Shown: one piece after another, positions 37,994 through 47,005 of the stretch
Numbering within the stretch: position 1 is the first letter of the stretch
Layout of the letters: every line of letters begins with the position of its first letter
Source: a bacterium
Lineage (GTDB): Bacteria; Patescibacteriota; Microgenomatia; UBA1400; PJMF01
DNA: 64,000 bases
Direction: 5' to 3'
Assembly (NCBI GenBank): GCA_027620445.1
Contig: JAQBYG010000002.1
Span: 1,130 to 65,129 of the forward strand
Made by a program: the position numbers and the translations under genes
The notes under the pieces: model-generated
The model's input: the letters and a program-made list of their open reading frames with translations, nothing else
Databases searched by the model: none
Told to the model about the DNA's origin: nothing

Positions 37994-38710
37994 ATGCTAA
38001 ATAATATAAAATGGATATTGCTTTCTGTTCTGTACTTTATTTTCTCTTTCGCCGTTCTCATTACGAATTTCCTAACAATAGCATATGTTATTTTTGTGTT
38101 GGAAATTAATGTCGGCATACCGTTTTGGAATTACTTCCCCACAGCATTCTTTTTTGTGAATGGAGCAATCTTCTTAGCAATTGAGCTTGTTTATCTATTT
38201 TTATTACTACGCGTGCAGGTTGAGGCACAAAAGCATTCCGACATAATACTTAGTAAATTTGAGAAAGTACTTCCAATACTAATTTGGCCTTTTTTTGCTT
38301 GTTTGGTATTTTTTCTGGCAGAGACTTTTGATATACGAGACCTGAAACTGCTATTTTTAATTGGGTATATTTCTGTTTTTTTCACTCATATAACTATCAG
38401 GTACAAGGCAAAACAACTTAAAATATTGCTACTCGCAGGTATCTTAATCGTATCCTCAGAGCTGGTATATTGGTCAATTCGTCTAGCTACTTTCCCAGAA
38501 TGCAGAACCTCTTATGACGTTCCCATTCTGTCTGGGCAACACAGTGTTGAATGCAAAACTGCACCTCGTTTTAACCGAAAAACAATGGAGTTAGTTGTGG
38601 AACAAGTTGCTTCACTTCGCCAGTTACTCTATCCCGCTATAGTTTGTTTTGCATTGACTTTCCCACTAAAAAAAGCAAAAAAGAAGATGGTCGCTAACAA
38701 CCCGATCTAA
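37994..38710 (+). CDS. Hypothetical polytopic membrane protein (AT-rich)
   Basis: Several hydrophobic helices and no recognisable domain. Start moved to 37994 because the ORF-track start lies inside tRNA-Lys. Local GC about 33%. Confidence 0.35.
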   Translation: MLNNIKWILLSVLYFIFSFAVLITNFLTIAYVIFVLEINVGIPFWNYFPTAFFFVNGAIFLAIELVYLFLLLRVQVEAQKHSDIILSKFEKVLPILIWPFFACLVFFLAETFDIRDLKLLFLIGYISVFFTHITIRYKAKQLKILLLAGILIVSSELVYWSIRLATFPECRTSYDVPILSGQHSVECKTAPRFNRKTMELVVEQVASLRQLLYPAIVCFALTFPLKKAKKKMVANNPI

Positions 38711-38810
38711 AGCTTGTACTTTTCCATTATTCTTTGGTAAACTTCAAGAGAGTTTTCAAAATAGGAGTTCCACTTTTGGGACAGATGGCTCACAAAATCT
38801 GTACCTACCA

Positions 38811-39299
38811 TCAAGCTGACACAAATTTGAGTGTCTTGTGGCTTTTTTTGCAAGCATCCCAAGGATAGACCCTACCGCTCATTGCAATATAGACACCTTC
38901 TGTAAGAACATCTATGGCGCCAACCGCTGTCCCAAGATTAAACGCGGCATCTGAGTCGACATGAATAGCAGGCAACAGGGCGCCCGTCAAAACAATCACT
39001 TTCCCCTTAATCTTGTGTAATACGCTCGCGGTTGCAACCATCGTGTCTGTACCGTGCGTGATAATAATTTTCTTCTCTTTGGCACTAAGACAAGCCTCAT
39101 AGATGCGCTCTCTGTCCTGTGCTGTTATATCCAAGCTGTCTTTCTTCATCAGCTCAACCACTCTGTACCTGAAGTTCGGCTGGAACTTTTTTAGGTACTT
39201 GGTAACAGCGGGCTTTGAGATTTCGAACGAATAACTGGCCAAAACTTTGGGGTACTCTTTATCAATCGTGCCACCCGTTTGAATAAATAAGACTGACAT
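38811..39299 (-). CDS. Standalone L-asparaginase N-terminal-domain protein (GatD-like amidohydrolase module)
   Basis: Asparaginase motifs (IQTGGTIDK with the nucleophile Thr, IITHGTDTM, VIVLTGALLP, DSDAAFNLGTAV). Only 162 aa, so the asparaginase C-domain is absent. Confidence 0.65.
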   Translation of the reverse strand: MSVLFIQTGGTIDKEYPKVLASYSFEISKPAVTKYLKKFQPNFRYRVVELMKKDSLDITAQDRERIYEACLSAKEKKIIITHGTDTMVATASVLHKIKGKVIVLTGALLPAIHVDSDAAFNLGTAVGAIDVLTEGVYIAMSGRVYPWDACKKSHKTLKFVSA

Positions 39300-39304
39300 T
39301 TGCC

Positions 39305-39528
39305 TCTCCTTTCACAAAAAAACCCTTGTACTGCATCAAGCGAAACGCTCAATGACGTACAGGGGCTCATGAAATAAGAGCTGTGCCACCCTGCTTTAGA
39401 CTACTCAGATTCTCCAGCTACTGCCGACAAATCTTTCGTTCTGTTACGGGAACTTCCCGGAGAGTTCTACAATGAAAAATCATTTTCTTCTCTCGGCTCA
39501 ATTGTGTTAGCAATTTCATCGCCTGTTA
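39305..39528 (-). promoter_or_regulatory. T-box riboswitch leader (tRNA-sensing transcription antitermination element)
   Basis: The minus-strand leader contains AGCAGGGUGGCACAGCUC, matching the T-box consensus AGGGUGGNAC. It folds into an antiterminator: A1 helix CAGGG/CCCUG, 7-nt bulge UGGCACA, A2 hairpin GCUC-UUAUUUCAU-GAGC. The competing terminator is CCCCUGUAC-(25 nt)-GUACAAGGG followed by U7, then an AAAGGAGAGG RBS and the ATG. Confidence 0.6.
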
Positions 39529-39535
39529 AGGAGAG

Positions 39536-39563
39536 ATTCTAGCAGTGTATGCGGAGTTGTCAA
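39536..39563 (-). promoter_or_regulatory. Sigma-70-like promoter TTGACA-16 nt-TAGAAT driving the T-box leader
   Basis: Exact consensus -35 and near-consensus -10 on the minus strand, about 230 nt upstream of the asparaginase-domain ATG. Confidence 0.55.
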
Positions 39564-39628
39564 ATGGCTCGTAGACGCTATTCAGTGCAAGGGTCGTAGA
39601 AAGTGTGATTATGTAAAAAATAGTCAGA

Positions 39629-39910
39629 TTAACTAGCTGACGCTGCAACCTCTTCCTCTTGAGGAGGTGGCGCAACATCACCTGAGTCGGTCGAGTTCGT
39701 CTGAGCTAACCGTCTAAATTCAGCAATTTCAAGCATTAGCGGTGTATCAAGATCATCGTCTCTGTAATCTACAGCTTCTGGAGTTTGACCTGTCATATAC
39801 TTGGATCCTTTCAAGGATACTTGGATATTACGGCTGATTGTAGCATAGATGTGTATCTCGTCTACAAGATGCTCTACATTTTCAATAATCAAAAATGCGC
39901 CCACCATCAA
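39629..39910 (-). CDS. Hypothetical small acidic protein (93 aa)
   Basis: ORF only; it sits between the promoter above and the next gene. No domain recognised. Confidence 0.25.
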   Translation of the reverse strand: MMVGAFLIIENVEHLVDEIHIYATISRNIQVSLKGSKYMTGQTPEAVDYRDDDLDTPLMLEIAEFRRLAQTNSTDSGDVAPPPQEEEVAASAS

Positions 39911-39969
39911 CTTCTACATTGGCTTTGTGTACTTAGTCCGCGGGGTTAACGAAACAGTAACTCTCACCT

Positions 39970-40656
39970 TCAAAGATACGCCTGAGCCACCAACCGAATA
40001 ACCCCTCCCTCCACCAAGCCATACTCAGCTCGCCCAAACTCAAATCTACCGGTGTTGAGGTATTTACTCGCTCTCACATCGCGCTGTATATGGCTATGAC
40101 CACAAACTAATACTTGATTCTGCTCCATGTGGTTTTCCGCGTAGCGCTGCAGCACCACGTCATCATAGCTATCAGATCTTCGCAGATACCTTCGATATAT
40201 TTCTGAGAGCACCAGGATATTTTTGTCACGAACGTAACAAAGTGTACGGTAGGCTCGCCTAATAAAAGGACTTGAGTTTCTGAAAATAATGTCTGCATGA
40301 AAGAGCGGATTCTGAGTGTCAATGTGGTGGCCATGTCGGATGTCGAGTCTCTGATCTCCAACCTGGAGGAGATGAACCACTGCTTGCCGCACAGAAAACA
40401 GGTTGACTCGCTCGTCACAAAACTGCTCTGTATCATGATTGCCGTACAAATATATGGTCTGCTTTTGCAAAAGGAGCGGAAAGAGTGCAGACCACTTGGA
40501 ATTAAGAAATGACGAAAACGTGCAGTAGTAACCATCCCAAAAATCGCCATTGATGATGACTTGGTCTACAGAGCGGATCAGCTCTGCCAGTGCGTTAAAC
40601 CGTGCGGGTTCAAAAATTGGAGTTAGGTGCGTGTCGGAAAATATCAGCGTGCGCAT
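39970..40656 (-). CDS. Calcineurin-like metallophosphoesterase
   Basis: MRTLIFSDTH, GDFWD, GNHD and GHSH metal-binding motifs. Confidence 0.75.
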   Translation of the reverse strand: MRTLIFSDTHLTPIFEPARFNALAELIRSVDQVIINGDFWDGYYCTFSSFLNSKWSALFPLLLQKQTIYLYGNHDTEQFCDERVNLFSVRQAVVHLLQVGDQRLDIRHGHHIDTQNPLFHADIIFRNSSPFIRRAYRTLCYVRDKNILVLSEIYRRYLRRSDSYDDVVLQRYAENHMEQNQVLVCGHSHIQRDVRASKYLNTGRFEFGRAEYGLVEGGVIRLVAQAYL

Positions 40657-40672
40657 GGGAATAGTTTAGCAT

Positions 40673-41584
40673 TCATTGCGATTCATTCGGCCGGCGATGA
40701 TTCAAAAACATCAGCAGTGCGCCAGCTAGGATTCCTAAGGGTATGGTTACCTTGGCAATACTGCTTAGTTCAACAAAAGACTCCTCAGCAGCTTGACGCA
40801 CTTCGGGTTCGAGAGTAATCGGATAAGTTAGAGCTGCTGCGATCCGTGTCCGTTTTCGTATCTGATACAGATTTCCAAGGATGCCTAGAGCCCCTGTTAT
40901 AAATACCGTCGGCATTTCTATCCCAAGCATTTTAAGTCTTGGAAAGAGACCCCTAAAGAGATTCTCCAGCACTCTATATATCTGGGTGCCTGGAAATCCA
41001 AGCAAGTCTCCGGCTTGTTTTGCTTCTGCTTTTCCTTTTGACTTGATATGCGCATTAACAAGACTTGGACCTGGATCACTGAGGACTTGCAGCATATACA
41101 TTACAATAATAAAGAACAACTTATTCTTATTTTTTTCTTGAAAAAATTCACGAAGAACAACTCCAAATTGACTGAGGGAAATTGATTCTCTGTCTCGCCT
41201 AGTGTCTAGCTTCAGACCTTCGCTTTCATCTCTGGTAATTTCTCCCCGTTTGCAAGCTCGCGCTGCTGCTCCATCAAAGGTGTCAGCGCCAGCAATAGCT
41301 AACCCAAGTAGAAATAACAGACATCTCTGTTTATTTGTCAGATCTTTGTGCTGACGTGCATACTCAACCAAGCAGGCGTCAAATAAAACTTTGGCCGCAA
41401 ACCCCGCATTCGTAATATCGTTGGGAAAATTCTTTTTATCTGGGTAGATTATAAGCAACTGAGCAGCGGTGAGATTTGCTATCCAAGTGACGACTGAGAC
41501 AACAAAATCGAGCGCATTTTTTGCTGCATTTTTTTCTTTTTCACCCCCACCGCTTGGAGACTCAGCACGCTCTACCATCAGCAC
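40673..41584 (-). CDS. Polytopic membrane protein with partial CDP-alcohol phosphatidyltransferase motif
   Basis: Five or more hydrophobic helices. DTFDGAAAR fits the DxxDGxxAR signature, but the downstream G/D spacing is imperfect. Confidence 0.35.
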   Translation of the reverse strand: MLMVERAESPSGGGEKEKNAAKNALDFVVSVVTWIANLTAAQLLIIYPDKKNFPNDITNAGFAAKVLFDACLVEYARQHKDLTNKQRCLLFLLGLAIAGADTFDGAAARACKRGEITRDESEGLKLDTRRDRESISLSQFGVVLREFFQEKNKNKLFFIIVMYMLQVLSDPGPSLVNAHIKSKGKAEAKQAGDLLGFPGTQIYRVLENLFRGLFPRLKMLGIEMPTVFITGALGILGNLYQIRKRTRIAAALTYPITLEPEVRQAAEESFVELSSIAKVTIPLGILAGALLMFLNHRRPNESQ

Positions 41585-41616
41585 ATTCTAGGGCAAGCTA
41601 GTTATTACCTACTCAA

Positions 41617-42123
41617 CTACAACGCAAGCTCAATTCGCTCGACGCTCTTATCGACACTGTCAAAAATAACAAACGTTGGTATACCAGTCTTTCGTCCACA
41701 AAGCTCGCCTGGGTTGATGAGAAATCGCCCATTATTTTGCTCGACATGGTACTCGTGGTTATGACCGTGAATCACAAGGTCATGGATGCCTAAGCCATAC
41801 GCTGCTTGGGCAACTTCTGGGTAGTGATTCATAAAAATACGGACACCAGCAATCGATTTGTCTAGAGTGCCATCTGCCAGGTGGATTCGCTCATGTTCGG
41901 CAATTTTTTTGGTAATTATCTCTACAAAATCATGATTCGGCTCATTATTTCCCCAGACGAAGAAGACATCACCAATAAACTTGGCGAGCACCGCCACACC
42001 CTCTGGCTCAACAAGGTCGCCTGCATGCAGGAGTACCTCGCAGCCCGCTTCATTGGCTCTCGCTACGGCTTGTTCGAGCAAATCCCAACGGTCGTGAGAA
42101 TCGCTCACAATGGCAAATTTCAT
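41617..42123 (-). CDS. YfcE/MJ0936-family metallophosphoesterase
   Basis: MKFAIVSDSHDRW, HAGDLV, GNNEP and IHGHNHE motifs; 168 aa. Confidence 0.75.
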   Translation of the reverse strand: MKFAIVSDSHDRWDLLEQAVARANEAGCEVLLHAGDLVEPEGVAVLAKFIGDVFFVWGNNEPNHDFVEIITKKIAEHERIHLADGTLDKSIAGVRIFMNHYPEVAQAAYGLGIHDLVIHGHNHEYHVEQNNGRFLINPGELCGRKTGIPTFVIFDSVDKSVERIELAL

Positions 42124-42128
42124 ACGGG

Positions 42129-43145
42129 TTATTGTACGCTACTAAGCAAGCGCTGTTCACGCGCTACATTCTCTAGTGCAGCCTGCAGCGCGAGAAGCTG
42201 CGTAGTTGGTTTATCATCTGCAGAAACAAAACTAAACTCAGCAAACGGACCGGGAGCACCTTTATAAATAAACGGGGTGACCGCAACTACTTCGGGCTTG
42301 CTCCAGATGTGTTGGAGAGCGTATTGATAGTATGAGGTTAGCCAACGTCCAGTTGCTTTGGTGTCCCGCCAACCGGTTTCGGTGATGTAGACCGGAAAAT
42401 GTTTGTCTGTTTTCTGGCGTAAGAAGGCGAGCTCGCTCTCAAAACCGCGTAGCGAATCCTTGCCCGTTCGGGTAGGGGAGGCTACAAAGCCCGGGTTTGG
42501 GTACGAGTGAGAGTTCCAGGCGTCCGCGTAAGAGAAAATCTCTGGGTCGTACTCGCTCAGAGCGGAAAGGTAGGAAAATGCCTCTCTAGTGTCTCGAGTG
42601 TTTCCCGCTGCCAGATCCATTGCTGCCGGCAACACAATAAAGCTTTTGTCTACCGCATGCGCCCAGTTGCTTGCAAAAATGAAGTCGCGAGCATACGAGC
42701 TGGGGTCAACCTCGCCACCCCATTCTTTGGCATGATTAACTTCGTTAAACACTATGATGCGCTTTTCTGCCGTTGGCCACTCGAGGGTAGAAAGGAAATC
42801 GAGTAGGGAAGTGATCTCTTTGCGATTTGGTCGCTGCCAACTGCCGTTCTCGAATCTAGTCGCAAGGCGGACTATAGGAATAATACGCTCCTGCTTGGCC
42901 TGGGTAAAAAGCTGTTGCCAGCGAGCCTGGGAATCGAGATCCGCCAAAGTCAGCGGCACGGTCATGTAGTGCCAGGCTTCCTCTGATGTAGAAACTTGAT
43001 TCGGAAAAAGGATGCGCTTCGCATCAGAAAATTCTTCAGGATTGAGGACATGGATGCCAATTTTTTCTACCGAGTCAGCTCGAACTTGGTTCGGGACACT
43101 AAGAGTAAGTAATAAAGCGATGTATAGCGTAAAAATATATTTCAT
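42129..43145 (-). CDS. Secreted clan GH-A glycoside hydrolase (GH5-like)
   Basis: N-terminal signal peptide, VFNEVNH (acid/base NE[PV]) and ITETGW (nucleophile TEtG) motifs. Confidence 0.55.
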   Translation of the reverse strand: MKYIFTLYIALLLTLSVPNQVRADSVEKIGIHVLNPEEFSDAKRILFPNQVSTSEEAWHYMTVPLTLADLDSQARWQQLFTQAKQERIIPIVRLATRFENGSWQRPNRKEITSLLDFLSTLEWPTAEKRIIVFNEVNHAKEWGGEVDPSSYARDFIFASNWAHAVDKSFIVLPAAMDLAAGNTRDTREAFSYLSALSEYDPEIFSYADAWNSHSYPNPGFVASPTRTGKDSLRGFESELAFLRQKTDKHFPVYITETGWRDTKATGRWLTSYYQYALQHIWSKPEVVAVTPFIYKGAPGPFAEFSFVSADDKPTTQLLALQAALENVAREQRLLSSVQ

Positions 43146-43223
43146 CTTAATACTTATAGGATATCATTTTTTCGGGTTATTGTCCAGATACACCCACCTT
43201 TGGTATACTGTACCCTCCGACTC

Positions 43224-43886
43224 ATGAAAAACTTGTTTTTTGCCTTTTCGTGGATATTTCTGTCGACTGGCGTCATCCTGACCAGCGTGGCTGGCGTGCA
43301 GTTCTACCTCCAAGGCATAACCTGGCAAGAATTTATTGGCAACCCAAGTGAAGCAGTGCGCGCAAGCATTACAACAGCGGCAGAAGAAGAAAAACAGGCT
43401 GAGATCACAGCCTTCATGGAAGTACAAGATGCCCGAGCCCAAATCGTGACCAACTTCCTCGCCAGGTACAAAGCGCCACTCACTCCGCACGCAGAGTATG
43501 GCGAACTATTTGTAGAAATCGCCGACGATTACGAGATAGACTTTAGACTACTGCCTTCAATCGCCATGCAGGAAAGCAATCTCTGTAAAGTAACGCCCCC
43601 CGGATCGTACAACTGTCTTGGCTTGGGAGTCCACTCTAGAGGTACCTGGGAGTTCGAAAGCTATGAAGAAAACTTCCGCGCTGCTGCCAACGTGCTCAAA
43701 AACAACTATATTGATAAAGGCTTGACTACTCCAGAACAAATCATGCGCAAGTACACTCCCTCGAGCAATGGTAGCTGGGCGGCCAGCGTCAACCAATGGA
43801 TGGCAGAAATGCGCTATGACGATAGAGGGGCAGGGCGGACCGCAAAAGAGGACGCTGATTTGCTTGAATTTGTTGAGACAAATTGA
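43224..43886 (+). CDS. Hypothetical membrane-anchored protein (possible lysozyme-like fold: IAMQESN)
   Basis: N-terminal TM helix; weak resemblance to SLT/lysozyme-like proteins. The ORF-track start is at 43200. Confidence 0.3.
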   Translation: MKNLFFAFSWIFLSTGVILTSVAGVQFYLQGITWQEFIGNPSEAVRASITTAAEEEKQAEITAFMEVQDARAQIVTNFLARYKAPLTPHAEYGELFVEIADDYEIDFRLLPSIAMQESNLCKVTPPGSYNCLGLGVHSRGTWEFESYEENFRAAANVLKNNYIDKGLTTPEQIMRKYTPSSNGSWAASVNQWMAEMRYDDRGAGRTAKEDADLLEFVETN

Positions 43887-43984
43887 TCTAATTTGAGATA
43901 TATTGACAATCTTATAGTAATTTGCTATATTACTAATACCTCAGAAGGTAAGTTCCTCACCGGAGTTTTCGTTCTGAGACAAAA

Positions 43985-44011
43985 GACCCCCCGCCTCGGC
44001 GGGGGTTTTTT
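43985..44011. terminator. Bidirectional rho-independent terminator (GACCCCCCGCCUCGGCGGGGGUUUUUUU)
   Basis: 9-bp GC stem with a U7 tail on the plus strand and a U-rich tail on the minus strand. Lies between gene 43224..43886 and tRNA-Leu. Confidence 0.8.
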
Positions 44012-44013
44012 TG

Positions 44014-44100
44014 TGCCGAGAACAGGAATCGAACCTGCACGCCTTATTAAAGGGCACTGGATTCTAAGTCCAGCCTGTCTACCAGTTTCAGCATCTCGGC
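44014..44100 (-). tRNA. tRNA-Leu (anticodon UAG)
   Basis: Acceptor GCCGAGA/UCUCGGC, anticodon loop CUUAGAA, long variable arm. Not flagged by any ORF; two spurious ORFs overlap it. Confidence 0.8.
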
Positions 44101-44142
44101 AGCGTTGTTGCCCTATTGTACCGCACCAGCTAAGATAACAGC

Positions 44143-44571
44143 ATGCAGGCAGAGCAAATAGAGCAAAGCGGAACGATCCACCTCCACCCCAACTGGCACA
44201 GCATGCTATTGGCGTATGTTCATCTTGCACGAGCACTTTGGAAAAAAGTAATATTACTCTTCTTGACCGTGCATAGTCTCTATGGGTTATATCTTGCGAT
44301 CATATTTTTGCTACATGACTACCCGCTTCTAGAACAACAACTTGCAGCACACATAATCGACCGGGCGACCGTAGAGGACGTGGTTATCGAAGCAGTTATC
44401 GTGTTATTCGCGACAGTTCTCGAAATAGCCGTAGCCGTCCGGCTAGCCAAGAAAAAAGAGTTCCTCGAAGAAACAATTGATGCTGCAATCGGTACGGCAC
44501 TGCTAGTATTCGCTTCACAAATAAGAGTCTACATTGCTTCACTCGAAATCGTTTCGCTGATCATGAGGTAA
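44143..44571 (+). CDS. Hypothetical membrane protein
   Basis: Three hydrophobic helices; no recognisable domain. Confidence 0.3.
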   Translation: MQAEQIEQSGTIHLHPNWHSMLLAYVHLARALWKKVILLFLTVHSLYGLYLAIIFLLHDYPLLEQQLAAHIIDRATVEDVVIEAVIVLFATVLEIAVAVRLAKKKEFLEETIDAAIGTALLVFASQIRVYIASLEIVSLIMR

Positions 44572-44579
44572 AATACGAC

Positions 44580-45254
44580 ATGCGCGCATACACCCTCAGG
44601 CGATCGCGGCGCTCAGCGAGCATTTCTATTCGCATCAATGGCGATAAAACGATTCACGTCACCGCACCCTATCTTGTCCCCAGTTTCATGGTAGATCTGT
44701 TTGTCAAAAAACAAGCAGACTGGATAGAGCAACAACTCAAAAAGCTACAACACAAAGCAGTGGCTGAAAGTAGTGAGAGTATTTTGTTATTTGGGAAACG
44801 CTACAACAAAAAAAACATTTCAGATCAAACACAACCAACTGGGTTTCTCATCGATGACCAAGATCTCGTCTATAACAACAGAGTGCAATCGATCGCAAAT
44901 AACTCAAGTACTTACACCAATGCAGTTGCGCGGTTTTTGCGCCAAACTGCAGAACTGTATCTACTCCCCAAATCTCACCAGCTGGCAAAAAAAATGCATG
45001 TCCAGTTTTCCAAAATTACCTTGCGCGAACAACGTTCTCGCTGGGGGAGTTGTAGCTCTCAGGGTTCGATCAACTTCAATTGGCGATTGGTTCATTTTGC
45101 CCCCGTTGTGATTGATTATGTCATCGTGCATGAGCTGGCTCATCTCGTACATCACAATCACTCAGCACAGTTTTGGGCCTTGGTTGCAAAGTTTGCACCA
45201 GAGTATCACCAAGCAAAAAAAGAGCTACAAAAATTTTCGATACCAGTCGGGTAG
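44580..45254 (+). CDS. YgjP-like (DUF45/WLM) zinc metallohydrolase
   Basis: HELAHLVHHNH HExxH motif at the C-terminus and WGSCSS upstream, the typical DUF45 arrangement. Confidence 0.7.
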   Translation: MRAYTLRRSRRSASISIRINGDKTIHVTAPYLVPSFMVDLFVKKQADWIEQQLKKLQHKAVAESSESILLFGKRYNKKNISDQTQPTGFLIDDQDLVYNNRVQSIANNSSTYTNAVARFLRQTAELYLLPKSHQLAKKMHVQFSKITLREQRSRWGSCSSQGSINFNWRLVHFAPVVIDYVIVHELAHLVHHNHSAQFWALVAKFAPEYHQAKKELQKFSIPVG

Positions 45255-45458
45255 AGTGTGTATACTACTCACATGAGCACCATTCACTGGACACTTCGTC
45301 ATCAGTCATTTTTGACACGCTTGACAAAGAAAGCGCACTGGCCACACGAAAAAACAAAGTCACACAAAACTTTACGGACCGTACTTACGGTTTGCCTGTA
45401 TCTTGCACACATCTTACTTGGATATCTTTTGGCACAGTTACAACGCATTGCTCAGTAG

Positions 45459-46139
45459 ATGAAAATACTTCATGGCTCGCACAGTGCGCACATTCACGAA
45501 GCGCTCGGTGGTGAGCTTGCAGCAGCAAAAGCCCGAGGCGAAGTGATAGTTCGATTCGCAGCAAAAAAAGGTAGCCTAGCTGATCTTGAGTTACTACTGG
45601 GGGAACAAAACTTATTTGCTCAACCAAAACTGGTTGTGATAGATGAGCTACACAGTTTACCTAAATCGACAGCCAAATCAGAACTCATTGAGTATCTAGC
45701 GAAATTTCAAAAAAACTCGGTCATACTTTGTGAACACAAGGAGCTTACTAAAACAGAACTGAACAAATTTCCTGAAGCGCAAGTCTCGCACTTTCCAACG
45801 AGCTCAACCTTGTTTAAGTGGCTCGACTGCCTTGGAAATTCCAGCGCTACAAAGCAAGCCTTGCTATACCTACAGCAGGCAAAAGAAACGGATGGAGCAG
45901 GGTTTTGCTTTGCGATGTTGACACGACAGGTCCGCCTTCTGCTGCAGACTAAAGATGGCGGGACCATCGCCGGCCCACCTTTTGTCCAAGCAAAACTAAA
46001 AAGCCAAGCGCATCGCTTTTCACTTTCTCAACTATTGGAGTTACACAACCAGTTGCTCGAGTACGACGATCAGAGTAAAAGAGGCGCCACTACGTTTTCA
46101 CTCGAACAAGAGCTTGATCTTTTGACACTCTCATTGTAG
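45459..46139 (+). CDS. holA: DNA polymerase III delta subunit-like (HolA), short form
   Basis: NLFAQPKLVVIDELHSL and YLAKFQKNSVILCE patterns plus a helical C-terminal domain; 226 aa. Confidence 0.5.
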   Translation: MKILHGSHSAHIHEALGGELAAAKARGEVIVRFAAKKGSLADLELLLGEQNLFAQPKLVVIDELHSLPKSTAKSELIEYLAKFQKNSVILCEHKELTKTELNKFPEAQVSHFPTSSTLFKWLDCLGNSSATKQALLYLQQAKETDGAGFCFAMLTRQVRLLLQTKDGGTIAGPPFVQAKLKSQAHRFSLSQLLELHNQLLEYDDQSKRGATTFSLEQELDLLTLSL

Positions 46140-46222
46140 AGTTGGTGGATCAGTCGCTATAGGCGAGTATCCGTATAACTTATTATTAAGGAATACTGCA
46201 ATCACTTGCGTATTAGAAGACT

Positions 46223-47005
46223 ATGATCATCCAGGCAAAAGATTTCACCAAAGACCTCATGGCGGGTAAAAAACTCGTTTCGTTCGACGCTGATGGCACG
46301 CTAGTAGAGAGTAAAACCAAAATGTCTCCCACCATGGTGGGGTTATTCAATTCACTCCTCGAAAAATATTTTGTGAACGTCATTTCTGGCGGCAAGTACC
46401 AGATTTTCGAAGAAAACGTACTCGAGGAAATTTCATCAGATCCAAAATTACTGTCGAACCTTACGCTTTCGCCGACCTGCGGAACAGTAATGTACATCAA
46501 CGAAAATGAAACTTGGAAAATATGCTACAAAGACGCGCTTGACCCGGATGTGGCTGAAGAGATCATCAGGGCAATCGAGTATGCTATGGAAAAAATAGGT
46601 CATAATCCAACAGAAACGTTTGGAGATATTATCGAAAACCGCGAAACCCAAATTACCTTCTCAGCTTTGGGACAAAAAGCTCCGCTTGCACTTAAGGAAG
46701 CTTGGGATCCAGATCAAAAAATCCGCCATAGAATGATCGAGTTTATGAAAGAGCAGCTCTCAAATCTCGACATCAAAATCGGTGGAACAACCTCAATCGA
46801 CGTGACTAAAGCAGGAATCAATAAGGCATTTGGGGTAAAGAAACTGATGGAACACTACGGACTCGGCGTACAGGAGGTTCTGTTTGTTGGTGATGCTTTG
46901 TTTGAAGGAGGCAACGATAAGCCCGTCTCAGACATGGGCGTGCTCTCGGTTCAAGTGAACAGTGTCACAGAGTGCGAAGAACTCATTCGAAAGATACTTA
47001 ATTAA
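46223..47005 (+). CDS. HAD-IIB phosphomannomutase-like (eukaryotic PMM type)
   Basis: FDADGTLVES motif I, GGKYQIFEENV, KIGGTTSIDVTKAG and the C-terminal GDALFEGGND motif IV; 260 aa. Confidence 0.5.
   Translation: MIIQAKDFTKDLMAGKKLVSFDADGTLVESKTKMSPTMVGLFNSLLEKYFVNVISGGKYQIFEENVLEEISSDPKLLSNLTLSPTCGTVMYINENETWKICYKDALDPDVAEEIIRAIEYAMEKIGHNPTETFGDIIENRETQITFSALGQKAPLALKEAWDPDQKIRHRMIEFMKEQLSNLDIKIGGTTSIDVTKAGINKAFGVKKLMEHYGLGVQEVLFVGDALFEGGNDKPVSDMGVLSVQVNSVTECEELIRKILN

Noticed and set aside
43893-44236. Two overlapping ORFs (43893..44138 plus strand, 43925..44236 minus strand)
   Set aside because: The region is occupied by a strong terminator hairpin and tRNA-Leu(UAG). The translations are low-complexity with no domain.
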